In this document: piece after piece, positions 10,374-19,553 of the stretch
Position numbering within the stretch: position 1 is the first letter of the stretch
How the letters are laid out: every line of letters starts with the position of its first letter
Assembly (NCBI GenBank): GCA_963738405.1
Contig: CAVTWJ010000023.1
Location: 352,001-416,000, forward strand
DNA: 64,000 bases
Source: a candidate division FCPU426 bacterium
Lineage (GTDB): Bacteria > Oederibacteriota > Muellerivitia > Muellerivitales > Muellerivitaceae
Direction of reading: 5' to 3'
Translations under genes and position numbers: made by a program
The notes under the pieces: model-generated
The model's database searches: none
What the model saw: only the letters and a program-made list of their open reading frames with translations
What the model was told of the DNA's origin: nothing

Positions 10374-11909
10374 ATGAAAACCGCCGTTCTCTACCCCCCC
10401 TTCCGCAAAGACGGGGAGCTTCCCCTCTTAACCCAAAACCGCCATTTAAAGTTCTCCAAGACCCTCGAAGTTCGCATTTTTCCCTTGGTGCCCGGCCACT
10501 TGGCCACCAACTTGAAGCACTTAGGCCACGAGGTTCTTTGGCTAGACGGCATCAACCGTCGCATGTCGGACGAAGAATTCGAGAAGTATCTGGACGATTT
10601 CAAACCCGAGATCGTCTTTTTGGAAACCAAAGCTCCTGTGGTCAAGCGCCATTGGGCTTATATCGCCGAACTCAAGACCCGCTACCCCGAAATGAAAATC
10701 GTGCTCATGGGCGACCATGTCACCTATTTCCCCGCTGAATCCATCGAGAATTCAAAAGTCGATTACGTTATCACCGGCGGGGATTACGACATCGTGGGCC
10801 GAAACCTGGTCCAGCATCTTTCCGGCAAGGAACCCCTGGGGCCCGGCCTCTGGTTTAGGGACACCGAAGGCAAACCCGCCACCACTGGTCCCCACAAGCT
10901 CATGGACGCCCTGGATACACTACCTTTCATCGACCGCGTTTTGACCCGCTACCGGGACTACGGCGAGGCCTATCTGCTCCGTCCCACCGCCTATATCCTC
11001 ACCGGCCGAGGCTGTGGAGCCTCCGAACATTCGCCCGGCGGTGTCGGCCTCTGCACCTTCTGCATCTGGCAGCACGCCCTCTGGGGCAAAACCGCGCGCC
11101 TTCGTTCGCCCAAAAACGTGGCGGAAGAAATGGAAATCTGTATCAACGAGCACGGGGTTTGGGAATTTTTCGACGACAACGAATCGGGCCCCATCTACAA
11201 CATCGAATGGCTGAAGGAATTTTATAAAGAACTCACCGCCCGCAAACTCTTGGGCCGGTTCCAGTTCTCCTCCAACTGCCGGGCCGACACTTTGAATGAA
11301 GAAGTGGTGGATCTCTTGGTCAAATGCGGCTGGCGCCTTTTGAAGATCGGCCTGGAATCGGGCTCCGACTACACCATCAAGCACTTGGCCAAATGCGAAA
11401 CCGTGGATCTCATCAGCAACGGGGTCAAGATGGCCAAGGACCGCGGCTTGAAAGTGCTCCTGACCACCATGATGGGCTACCCCTGGGAAACCGAAGAAGA
11501 CGTACGCAAGACCTACGAAGTCACGAGGGAGCTTTTATATTACAAAGTCCGCGCCGGAGATTGCATGCAAGCCTCGGTCGTGGTGGCTTACCCGGGCTCG
11601 CCGCTTTGGCGGGAATCGGTCAACAAGGGCTGGCTCTTGATAGGGGAGAAGGATTACGAAAAGTACGACATGAGCCATCCAATATTAAAGTCGCCGGTGA
11701 ACGCGAGCGAATGGGCGACCAAGACGTGGAATCTGATGAAGCACCCTAAATTTGTATTTGGCCAGTTATTAACGGTTCGTTCCTTCAGGGAACTAAATCT
11801 ATTATGGCGGGGATTGCAGTCCTTGCTGGGACACGTTCAAGATTATGGTGATCCCTTGCCGGAAAGCGCAGATCCTTATGCCACGCCCCAAGCCGCAGCG
11901 TCCCACTGA
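10374..11909 (+). CDS. B12-binding-domain radical SAM protein with atypical CX12CX2C motif
   Basis: N-terminal cobalamin-binding-like region, GRGC...CTFC, RLRSP, FFDD, IGLESG, MMGYPWET, YPGSPL. Confidence 0.82.
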   Translation: MKTAVLYPPFRKDGELPLLTQNRHLKFSKTLEVRIFPLVPGHLATNLKHLGHEVLWLDGINRRMSDEEFEKYLDDFKPEIVFLETKAPVVKRHWAYIAELKTRYPEMKIVLMGDHVTYFPAESIENSKVDYVITGGDYDIVGRNLVQHLSGKEPLGPGLWFRDTEGKPATTGPHKLMDALDTLPFIDRVLTRYRDYGEAYLLRPTAYILTGRGCGASEHSPGGVGLCTFCIWQHALWGKTARLRSPKNVAEEMEICINEHGVWEFFDDNESGPIYNIEWLKEFYKELTARKLLGRFQFSSNCRADTLNEEVVDLLVKCGWRLLKIGLESGSDYTIKHLAKCETVDLISNGVKMAKDRGLKVLLTTMMGYPWETEEDVRKTYEVTRELLYYKVRAGDCMQASVVVAYPGSPLWRESVNKGWLLIGEKDYEKYDMSHPILKSPVNASEWATKTWNLMKHPKFVFGQLLTVRSFRELNLLWRGLQSLLGHVQDYGDPLPESADPYATPQAAASH

Positions 11910-12534
11910 AGTCAAAGCCGCCCCGGCAGTTCCCCCTAAGGACGCCACCCCCACCTGGAAGGTTGCGACCGCCCTGGGACTTTTGGGCTTCTGCCTGCTG
12001 GTTTTGTTCCTCTTTTCAAGCGGCATCCTGAGGGACCTCTTTGCCGGCCCCAAGGTTCCCCTTCCACGCCAGGTGGCGCAGGTTTCCCTGGGCCAGACCC
12101 TGGACGAGCTCCAACCTCATTTCACCGGCTTGAAGAAACTGCTTCGGCCCTACAACAACGATCCCGATTTCCAGATCGCCACCCTCACTTCCCAAAACGG
12201 CCTCACAGGGGCCACCAAGGCTGACTTTATCTTTTTTCATAATCAGCTTTACTTCATTTCCGCCGAATGGGACGGGGCCACCCCCAAGACCCTTCCCATC
12301 GAGGATTGGGCCCATCAATTCCGTCGCTGGAACAAGGCCGGCAACACCCAAAACGAGAAATTGAACAACCAGGTGAACCTAAAGGAATGGCATTTCGCCG
12401 ACGGCGCCACCGAGATGACCTTGATGGACCTCGACTACCCCGGCAATATTCAAATGCTCCAACAGCTTCGCGACGCCTCCAATTCACCCGCCCAGGCGGC
12501 CTTTGCCAAATACCGCTTAGAGACCGACGGCTGA
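11845..12534 (+). CDS. Hypothetical membrane-anchored protein
   Basis: Single N-terminal TM then soluble domain; host-like codon style; start probably ATG 11878. Confidence 0.6.
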   Translation: MVIPCRKAQILMPRPKPQRPTEVKAAPAVPPKDATPTWKVATALGLLGFCLLVLFLFSSGILRDLFAGPKVPLPRQVAQVSLGQTLDELQPHFTGLKKLLRPYNNDPDFQIATLTSQNGLTGATKADFIFFHNQLYFISAEWDGATPKTLPIEDWAHQFRRWNKAGNTQNEKLNNQVNLKEWHFADGATEMTLMDLDYPGNIQMLQQLRDASNSPAQAAFAKYRLETDG

Positions 12535-12602
12535 CCATTATTTACAGGTCTTGAGATTCCAGGTACCGCAACGTAAGCTTTATCCACTAGGGGAGAAACC
12601 AC

Positions 12603-14081
12603 ATGGCTGAAAATTTAAAGGTCCTTTTGGTCAATCCCCCCCGCGTCAAGGGCATGCCGGTTGTACGCGAGGAACGCTACGAGCACCGCGACGTGGGCTC
12701 GGTATATCCTCCCCTTTCCATCCTTCAAGGCGCCGCATCCCTCAGACAAGCCGGATACGACGTTCAGGTTTTGGATTGCAACGGTTTTGACCTGCGGCTG
12801 GAAGAAGTAGGCCGGGCCCTTAGCTCTTGGCAGCCCCATCTGGTCGCGGCCCGCATGGCCTTTGACTGCCAGGAAGAAGACTTGAAAGTTCTCCAGATCG
12901 CCAAGGCCGCCGTCCCCAATTGCGTCACCGCCATCCGCAACAAAATGATTTCCGAGGTTCCCTGGCTGTTGGAAGAAATAGTCAAGCGGCCTGAGGTGGA
13001 CTTGTACATCATGTCCGAATTGGACGTGGTTCTTCCCGCCCTGGCCCAAGTGATGCAATCGGCCCTTTCCGAAAAGGGCGAGTTGCCCGCCTATTCTTCC
13101 GAATGGTTCTCAGGCGTGTCCGGGCTGGCCTACCGGGGCAAGAACGGCTTTTCCAAAACCCTCCAAGCTCCTCTGATGCAGGTAGAGGACGCTCCCTTCC
13201 CGGCTTACGACCTTCTGCCTTCGGTCGAGCCCTATCACACGGGCGTCTTTGCCGATCACTTCGCCATGATCCAAACTTCCCGGGGTTGTCCCTTCGGCTG
13301 TACCTTTTGCGCCTACGCCCTGGAAAAATACCGCCCCCGCCCCCATCAGCACGTGGCTGACGAGTTGAAGTGGCTGAAAAAACAGTTCGGGGTTAAGAAC
13401 GTTCTTTTCTTCGACGATCTCTTAGCCCTTAATTCGGACCGCACCGCCGACCTGGCCGAGCAGTTGATTAAGGATGAAGTGAACATGCAGTGGGTTTGCT
13501 GTACCCGCGCCAACCTGACGGATGTGCCATCCCTCAAAAAAATGCGGCAGTCCGGATGCAAGGAACTGGCTGTGGGAATTGAGAGCGGGTCCGATGTGAT
13601 TCTCAACAACATCAACAAGGGCGTTTCAAAGGACGACATCCGCGCCTGCGCCAGCGCCTGCAAGGAAGCGGACATTCTCTTTTACGGCATGACCATCTGC
13701 GGGCTTCCCGGCGAGACCGAGGAAACCTGGCGTGAAACCATCAACTTCATCAAGGAAATCGATCCCTTCTATACCCAGTTCTGCTTCTCGACTCCCTTCC
13801 CCAACACCGAGATGTACACTTGGTACGAGGAAAAGAAATGCCTCAACCATAAGGATTGGAGCCAATATTCACCTCTCGCGCCCCAGCCTGTCGTGCGGAC
13901 CGAAGCCCTGACCTCGCAGGATTTGATCCGCCTGCGCCAGCAAGCCTACCGGGAAGTGCTTTTCCGCCCCAAGTACCTGCTCTCCAAAATCCGTTTAAAC
14001 GACCCCCTTTGGACCCTCAAGGGTGGTTGGGAAGTCGCCAAACGCGGCGCAGCCGTCTTGGCCGGCCACGACGTCCGTTAA
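12603..14081 (+). CDS. B12-binding-domain radical SAM protein
   Basis: LLVNPP, YPPLSI, SRGCPFGCTFC, FFDD, VGIESGS, GLPGET, PFPNT. Confidence 0.88.
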   Translation: MAENLKVLLVNPPRVKGMPVVREERYEHRDVGSVYPPLSILQGAASLRQAGYDVQVLDCNGFDLRLEEVGRALSSWQPHLVAARMAFDCQEEDLKVLQIAKAAVPNCVTAIRNKMISEVPWLLEEIVKRPEVDLYIMSELDVVLPALAQVMQSALSEKGELPAYSSEWFSGVSGLAYRGKNGFSKTLQAPLMQVEDAPFPAYDLLPSVEPYHTGVFADHFAMIQTSRGCPFGCTFCAYALEKYRPRPHQHVADELKWLKKQFGVKNVLFFDDLLALNSDRTADLAEQLIKDEVNMQWVCCTRANLTDVPSLKKMRQSGCKELAVGIESGSDVILNNINKGVSKDDIRACASACKEADILFYGMTICGLPGETEETWRETINFIKEIDPFYTQFCFSTPFPNTEMYTWYEEKKCLNHKDWSQYSPLAPQPVVRTEALTSQDLIRLRQQAYREVLFRPKYLLSKIRLNDPLWTLKGGWEVAKRGAAVLAGHDVR

Positions 14082-14192
14082 AAACACACCCGCCGAAATA
14101 AATCCAATTCACTCAGACCCAAAGGTCTAAAATAGTCCTGTCGCTGAAGTTACCTTTCCCACCCTCTCCTAAATCCCACCAGGAGGCTTTTC

Positions 14193-14477
14193 ATGGCAAC
14201 CTTTTTCATGTTCGGAAAATACACCCCTGAATCTTTAAAACAAGTCAGCGAAGTCCGCACCACCAAGGTCTTGCACCAAATTAAAAAACTGGGGGGCCGG
14301 GTGAAGGATGTTTACGCCCTGCTTGGAAGATTTGACTTGGTTCTGATTGTGGATTTGCCAAGCGTTGAATCGGCCATGAAAGCTTCTTTAATCTTGAGCC
14401 GCCTAACGGGGATTGGGTTCACCTCTTCGCCCGCCATCAAGGTCGAGGAATTCGACAAGCTGGCCACGGCACTGTAG
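14193..14477 (+). CDS. GYD domain protein
   Basis: MATFFMFGKYT, LLGRFDLVLIVD; 94 aa; AGGAGG RBS. Confidence 0.85.
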   Translation: MATFFMFGKYTPESLKQVSEVRTTKVLHQIKKLGGRVKDVYALLGRFDLVLIVDLPSVESAMKASLILSRLTGIGFTSSPAIKVEEFDKLATAL

Positions 14478-14480
14478 AGG

Positions 14481-14548
14481 TCCGCCGGCACTTTACGACT
14501 TCACCGACTATTAAGTGTTAAATGTTGGCTTGGTCCTGTTTTTATTTC
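14481..14548. repeat. Cassette-like direct repeat, copy 1
   Basis: 50/60 identical to 15344-15412 over the core; lies 12 nt 3' of the stop of CDS 14561-15304. Confidence 0.8.
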
Positions 14549-14560
14549 GCCTTAATTTCT

Positions 14561-15304
14561 TTACCTTTGCCAGGGCCTTTTGAGCCGATGGATTGGTTTG
14601 CAGGTCAATGTTTGCAGTACGACACTTCCACCGTTTCTCATTGTGAGTCTGAATCCTTGAATACCATTCAGTACCGGGTGACTCTGGACGACGATATGGA
14701 ATTCATATCCAGCGCCACGAAACGTAATTAGATTATTTCCGGTTGATCTCTGTCGATATGGTTGGGAAACGACCGCACGAAAGCGGTCATTTGGATTGAT
14801 TTTATAAATAAGGATGGGGTAAGTCGCTTCGTCCAGAAGAGCATCATCAAAATACATTCCCCGTAATTTCCGGTAATGTTTTTCGCCCAACAACGATGAT
14901 TCTTCACCGGTTTCCGCCAAATGACCACGAAGCATGACGCTGAAAACAAAATTTTGCATTTTCTTGAAATCTATCAACGTTAGGACAATGCCTGGCTGGT
15001 CGCCGTGCTGGGTCATAACCATACCTATTTTTTCATCTGCGATATTTTTCACTGTGGAATCAGCGGGCTTTTTTCCTAAAACAAGACTTGCAAACCGATC
15101 ATCTTTCGCAAAACGTTCCTCACAAGTCCAACAAATGATCGATTTCTTGTAACCACTTTGAGTTATTTTTAGGCTTTGTTGTTTGGGGTCGTAGGTGTAA
15201 TGCGCCTTATTTTTCCCAAATGCAATCTTATGCATCCACTCAGGAATGACGTGGCTATTCGGATGGAATTTCGGTACATCCTGTTCGCAAAACGGACACC
15301 TCAT
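14561..15304 (-). CDS. HNH-like, zinc-binding putative endonuclease
   Basis: CPFC...SHVIPEW...IICWTCEERF pattern resembles the HNH Zn-finger layout; AT-rich. Confidence 0.55.
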   Translation of the reverse strand: MRCPFCEQDVPKFHPNSHVIPEWMHKIAFGKNKAHYTYDPKQQSLKITQSGYKKSIICWTCEERFAKDDRFASLVLGKKPADSTVKNIADEKIGMVMTQHGDQPGIVLTLIDFKKMQNFVFSVMLRGHLAETGEESSLLGEKHYRKLRGMYFDDALLDEATYPILIYKINPNDRFRAVVSQPYRQRSTGNNLITFRGAGYEFHIVVQSHPVLNGIQGFRLTMRNGGSVVLQTLTCKPIHRLKRPWQR

Positions 15305-15343
15305 TACTAACTCCAGAAAACAAATGAATCATTTAACATTCAA

Positions 15344-15412
15344 TCCGCCCCACACTCTACGACTTCAGCAACTTTTAAGTGTTATATGTTGGCCGGGCCC
15401 TGTTTCTATGTC
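15344..15412. repeat. Cassette-like direct repeat, copy 2
   Basis: Matches 14481-14548; lies 8 nt 3' of the stop of ORF ending 15421. Confidence 0.8.
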
Positions 15413-15420
15413 ATTTATTT

Positions 15421-15669
15421 TCATTTCATTTGATCTATCTCAGCTTGAATACCTGCTCTATCTACATGTTCCAGGTGTTGAATAAATTTCTCAAGGGACG
15501 CTAAGTCTTTTTTCACAAGCTTGAAAGTCGGCTTGGGTTCTTCCATTTTTTTGCCAAAGGTTAGAAAGCCGCCTGAACTGGCAGCCCCTGCCACCTGTGT
15601 AATGATTCCCTCTTTTAATAATTCTCCTGGATCGTTGACGTGATACGACATATCCAAAAACGAACTCAT
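15421..15669 (-). CDS. Small hypothetical protein or gene remnant
   Basis: ATG 15669 with purine-rich AGGAGAAGGAAG upstream; longer TTG start at 15765 and an overlapping frame also possible. Confidence 0.35.
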   Translation of the reverse strand: MSSFLDMSYHVNDPGELLKEGIITQVAGAASSGGFLTFGKKMEEPKPTFKLVKKDLASLEKFIQHLEHVDRAGIQAEIDQMK

Positions 15670-15849
15670 CTTCCTTCTCCTTCTGCGCGCAAGAATGAAC
15701 AACAAACAAAAAGTAAGGTGCTTCGTCCATCCCTTCAATACTTCGGGGGATAAAACACCTGTCAAAAGAAGGAAAAATTTTACTTAGTTTTCACCTAGAA
15801 ACGCCAAAAGACAGAATATCTACCCAATTGTATGTATTGTAGAGGCGGT

Positions 15850-16869
15850 TTATGGAATTCTTGACCGAATATAACTCTCTGAAAGAGGTTCTGTATATTT
15901 TATCTTTACCAGCTTTACTTTATTCCTTTTACATAACTTTTCTTTTCGCTTGTCACGGTCCTTCAATTTAATAAATGCTTTCTCGCCGCCCCAGATAGAT
16001 ATTGGATGATAGTGTTGTTGTCCTTGATACTCAAAAGCCAAGTGTTGATGCGGCACATAAACGTCAAGTTCCAATCTCTCAAGCCATTCAGGGCGATAAT
16101 GAAAAATTACATCTTCTCCTTTGAAGATTTGTCTGATTATCTGAAAAAGCAATGTTTCGGAAACCCAGGCCTCCCCTACGCGTTTAAACCCAAACTCTGT
16201 CCGAACTTCATTTTCAATGAGCCTTGTAAGATTTCGGGTTGCACGTGTGTTATTGCGGCTTAGCTGTTTTTGTTCTTTCAGCAATTCTTCACGTTCACTT
16301 GGAGGTTTTAAGGCATACCCCCTCATCTTTACAGTGTGCTCAAACAATGGTTCGCGGTGTTTTTTCAATTCTGCTATCAATTTTTGGTATTCGGGAGGAC
16401 AAACGTCTGGAAGAAAATTGTATGTCGTGCGTTTTATTCCGAAGCGAAAAAAAGTTTGGTTAATGTACCATCCGAAATTTTGAACGAAATCACCGCCGTA
16501 CATGGGATGGCAATAAATCAATGTCGGTGGCTGTAAATTGCAACGGTGACACAAACCCTCTTTGAAATTAAATAGTGAGATTGGATCTTTTGGATTTTTC
16601 ATGGAAAGCTCAGCTAATTTGGTAGGAAAGTCATAGCTGTCAAGGGGTGCCATTCGCAACGGATAAGCATTTAAGGTTTTTTTCACGGAACGCAGGCGAA
16701 CGTAATGGTCAATCGGCGACTTGGAACACGAGCAAAGAAATATATTTCCGTCATGTGAATTTGAAAAAGCAAAAAAAGTGCCGTAATGGTTCGGATAGTG
16801 AACCATTGGGAGTGGGAGCGATTCTTGGTAAATTCCGCCTAGTGAAACTGCTCGTTTCAGTTTTCGCAT
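15850..16869 (-). CDS. Cys/His-rich protein with C-terminal Vsr/DUF559-like PD-(D/E)xK nuclease domain
   Basis: SETLL...ELDVYVP...AFEYQGQQHY...RDKRKEKLC...LVKIKY; N-terminal CSC, CHRC, CH motifs; AT-rich. Confidence 0.7.
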   Translation of the reverse strand: MRKLKRAVSLGGIYQESLPLPMVHYPNHYGTFFAFSNSHDGNIFLCSCSKSPIDHYVRLRSVKKTLNAYPLRMAPLDSYDFPTKLAELSMKNPKDPISLFNFKEGLCHRCNLQPPTLIYCHPMYGGDFVQNFGWYINQTFFRFGIKRTTYNFLPDVCPPEYQKLIAELKKHREPLFEHTVKMRGYALKPPSEREELLKEQKQLSRNNTRATRNLTRLIENEVRTEFGFKRVGEAWVSETLLFQIIRQIFKGEDVIFHYRPEWLERLELDVYVPHQHLAFEYQGQQHYHPISIWGGEKAFIKLKDRDKRKEKLCKRNKVKLVKIKYTEPLSESYIRSRIP

Positions 16870-16976
16870 GTTAGATATGGCTTTCCACCATTCAATTTAT
16901 CCAGCCAGCCCTGGGGGGCTTCAGGATTGAATTTAGCCAAGATTTCCCCCTTAGTTGATGAGCGAGAAAGGGTCTT

Positions 16977-17370
16977 GTTCACCGGAAATCGGGTTTAGTT
17001 TACTTAAATGGGGAAAAATTTCACCGGAAACACCGTATCCTTCACCGGAAATTCTGGCTGTTTACCAGGCAGTGCGTAGTTCTTCACCGGAAAACCGGTC
17101 TTGTTCACTAGAAATACCTTACTTTCACCGGGTAAGGGGTGCTGTGGTTCACTGGAAAACGCATGCGTTCAACGGAAATAGGGCGGCCGTTCAATGGAAA
17201 TTCCATGGGTGTTCAACGGAAAATGGAACTCGTTCAATGGAAACTTCGGCCTGTTCAACGGAAATTTTGGCTTGTTCAATGGAAATGGTGTAGGCGTTCA
17301 ATGGGAAATCGCCCGTGTTCAATGGAAATACCGTAACCTTCAATGGAAAATCGGGCCTGTTGACTGGAAA
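16977..17370. repeat. Array of 19 copies of a 12-bp motif (consensus GTTCAMYGGAAA) at ~21-bp period with unique 8-12-bp spacers
   Basis: Copies start at 16977, 16998, 17019, 17040, 17060, 17082, 17103, 17123, 17147, 17167, 17189, 17211, 17232, 17253, 17274, 17296, 17317, 17338, 17359; a few are degenerate. Confidence 0.9.
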
Positions 17371-17499
17371 CGGGGATATGCCATTCGCCTATATCCACTC
17401 AAGCGGAGAAGGGGAAAATCCACTTAAATCCCACCCCAAAGAACCTCTTTCCCATGTGGCCCGGAAGCCCCTTCTTTAATACAATCATCCCGCTAAACC

Positions 17500-18591
17500 A
17501 TGAAACCACCCAAATCCACCCCCCCACGCCGGTACTTGATCCTTTCCGCCAAGGGCTGGGGCACAGGTAGTGCCCTAAGGGCCTACTACATCGCCGAAGC
17601 CTTGAGGCAAAAGGGCCATACCGTCCACTTTCCCCCGCCGCTCCCCACCCTGCCCGGCTGGATCGACATGGCCCTTTCGAGCCTTTATTACCTCCTCTAT
17701 TCCCTTTTCGTCAAAACCGACCTGGCTTTCTGTGTCAAACCCTACCCCATGGCGGTGCCCGCCCTTTGGGTTCAACGCCTCAAGGGTGCAAAGGTAATCT
17801 TCGACGTGGATGACCTGGATTACGCTTATAGCCGCGGCGTCTTTTTAACCTTCCACTGGTGGCTTCAAAGGCCCTGGCCCGATTGGGCCGATGGGGTGAC
17901 CTACCACAACCCCAAGCTAAAAGACGCGATCATGAGCGACTTCAAGGTTTCCTCTTCCAAAATCCGCCAGGTCCCCCAGGGCGTGGATGAATCCATCTTC
18001 AACACGCTTCCCATAAAGGAAGCCGACATACCGCCCGGCGTGGCGGATTGGGTAGCAAAACAAAAGGGACCCCTGCTTTGCTTCACGGCTCACCTAAACG
18101 TGGCTTGCGATTTGGGCCCGGCGCTCGAAGCTTTCAAACTTATATTGGAATCTTCACCCAAAGCCAGCCTCTTGATCGCAGGCGGTGGGCCGGATGAAAA
18201 CAAATTCCGTGACCAGGCCCATAGCCTGGGCATAGCGGGTTCCCTTTATTTCACCGGGCTCATCACGCCCCAACAGGTTGCGGCCTGTTTGAAACTTTCG
18301 GACGAAGTGCTGGTTTACTACGCCGACACCCCCGCCAACCGGCACCGTTCTTCCATGAAGCTTCGGGAAGCCCTGGCCTGTGGTGCTAAGGTGGTGGCCA
18401 CCCGGGTCGGCGAGGCTGCGGCCTTTAAAAAGGCGCTCTTTTTATCCCCGGCGGAACCCAAAGGCTTCGCTAAGGCCCTTTTGGGGGCCCTGAAGGCCAA
18501 AAAAACTTCCCGGCCAGGGGCTATACTGGTAAAAAAGTGGGGTTGGAAAACCTGTGTGGAACCCCTTGAAAAGGAATGGAATTCCCTCTAA
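17500..18591 (+). CDS. Glycosyltransferase family 4
   Basis: FDVDD, VPQGVD, LLIAGGGP, MKLREALACG.KVVATRVG. Confidence 0.8.
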   Translation: MKPPKSTPPRRYLILSAKGWGTGSALRAYYIAEALRQKGHTVHFPPPLPTLPGWIDMALSSLYYLLYSLFVKTDLAFCVKPYPMAVPALWVQRLKGAKVIFDVDDLDYAYSRGVFLTFHWWLQRPWPDWADGVTYHNPKLKDAIMSDFKVSSSKIRQVPQGVDESIFNTLPIKEADIPPGVADWVAKQKGPLLCFTAHLNVACDLGPALEAFKLILESSPKASLLIAGGGPDENKFRDQAHSLGIAGSLYFTGLITPQQVAACLKLSDEVLVYYADTPANRHRSSMKLREALACGAKVVATRVGEAAAFKKALFLSPAEPKGFAKALLGALKAKKTSRPGAILVKKWGWKTCVEPLEKEWNSL

Positions 18592-19553
18592 TGCGACGCC
18601 TCAGTTCCTTCGCCTTCCTCTTAGGCCTGCTTCTTTTCGCCCTTCTCCTCAAAATGGTGGACCTGCCCGCCACCCTTCGCATTTTGGAATCGGCCAGCCC
18701 CTTTTGGGTGGGCATGTCTTTTCTTTTTATATTGCCCGAGATCATCTTCAAGGCCTTCCGCATTTCAGGGTTAGCCCGTGTTTTTCATTCGCACCTGACG
18801 GTGAAGGATTCGGTGCGCATCTACCTGGCGGGCCAACCCCTGGCATCCGTCACCCCCGCCAAGCTGGGAGACATTGTGAGGGTGCTGGGTATCAGCCGCT
18901 GGGGAAATTTGAGGTCCTATTCGGCCTTTGCCGTGCACGCGGCGGATAAGGTTTATGACCTGCTGGCCCTGGGGCTTCTGGCGGCCATTGGGTTGATTTC
19001 GCTGATCCTTCAAAACCAGCACCAGGCCCCCGCCGAGGCGGCCCTTTTAGGCATCGGCATCGGCATCCTTTTAATGGCGCTTGTCTTAAACCCCCAATGG
19101 ATGAGGCTGGTTCTAAAACCCCTATTGCTGATTTTGGCCCCGAAAAAGCTGGCCGAGCAGTTTTCCGCCCACGGCAAAGAATTTTATAAAGACCTGCACA
19201 GTCTCTTCATGCCCGCGAAACTGATCCTGCCCTCCAGCCTGTCATTGCTGGCTTGGGGCACCGTGCTGGTCCGGGCTTATTTTTGCGCCCTGGCCTTGGG
19301 GATTAACCTTTCCTTCTCCTCCATCGCCCTGCTGTTGCCCGTGGTGATCGTGATAGAATTCATCCCCGTCACCATTTTAGGCTTCGGAACCCGGGAGGCC
19401 GCCTTGTTCGTCTTTTTCACCTCGACCCAGGTGGATCGGTCGGGCCTTCTTTCTTTCTCGCTCATGATGGTTTTGGCCGGCCCCCTCTTTACATCGCTGG
19501 CGGGCATTCCCTTCGCCATGAAACTTTCCGCCCAGGTGAAGGACAAGCCATGA
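18576..19553 (+). CDS. Flippase-like (lysylphosphatidylglycerol synthase TM/AglD-like) membrane protein
   Basis: TPAKLGDIVR, DKVYDL, PVTILGFGTRE motifs; multiple TMs. Confidence 0.8.
   Translation: MEFPLMRRLSSFAFLLGLLLFALLLKMVDLPATLRILESASPFWVGMSFLFILPEIIFKAFRISGLARVFHSHLTVKDSVRIYLAGQPLASVTPAKLGDIVRVLGISRWGNLRSYSAFAVHAADKVYDLLALGLLAAIGLISLILQNQHQAPAEAALLGIGIGILLMALVLNPQWMRLVLKPLLLILAPKKLAEQFSAHGKEFYKDLHSLFMPAKLILPSSLSLLAWGTVLVRAYFCALALGINLSFSSIALLLPVVIVIEFIPVTILGFGTREAALFVFFTSTQVDRSGLLSFSLMMVLAGPLFTSLAGIPFAMKLSAQVKDKP

Noticed and set aside
14496..14523. Chromosomal dif site
   Set aside because: Only TGTTAAAT of the XerD arm matches; the XerC arm and 11-6-11 layout do not fit.
16977..17370. 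Canonical CRISPR array
   Set aside because: The 12-bp repeat and 8-12-bp spacers are far too short and no cas genes are present; kept as an unexplained array.
16955..17427. Three short plus-strand ORFs over the array
   Set aside because: They are translations of the repeat in shifting frames, with no RBS or consistent frame.
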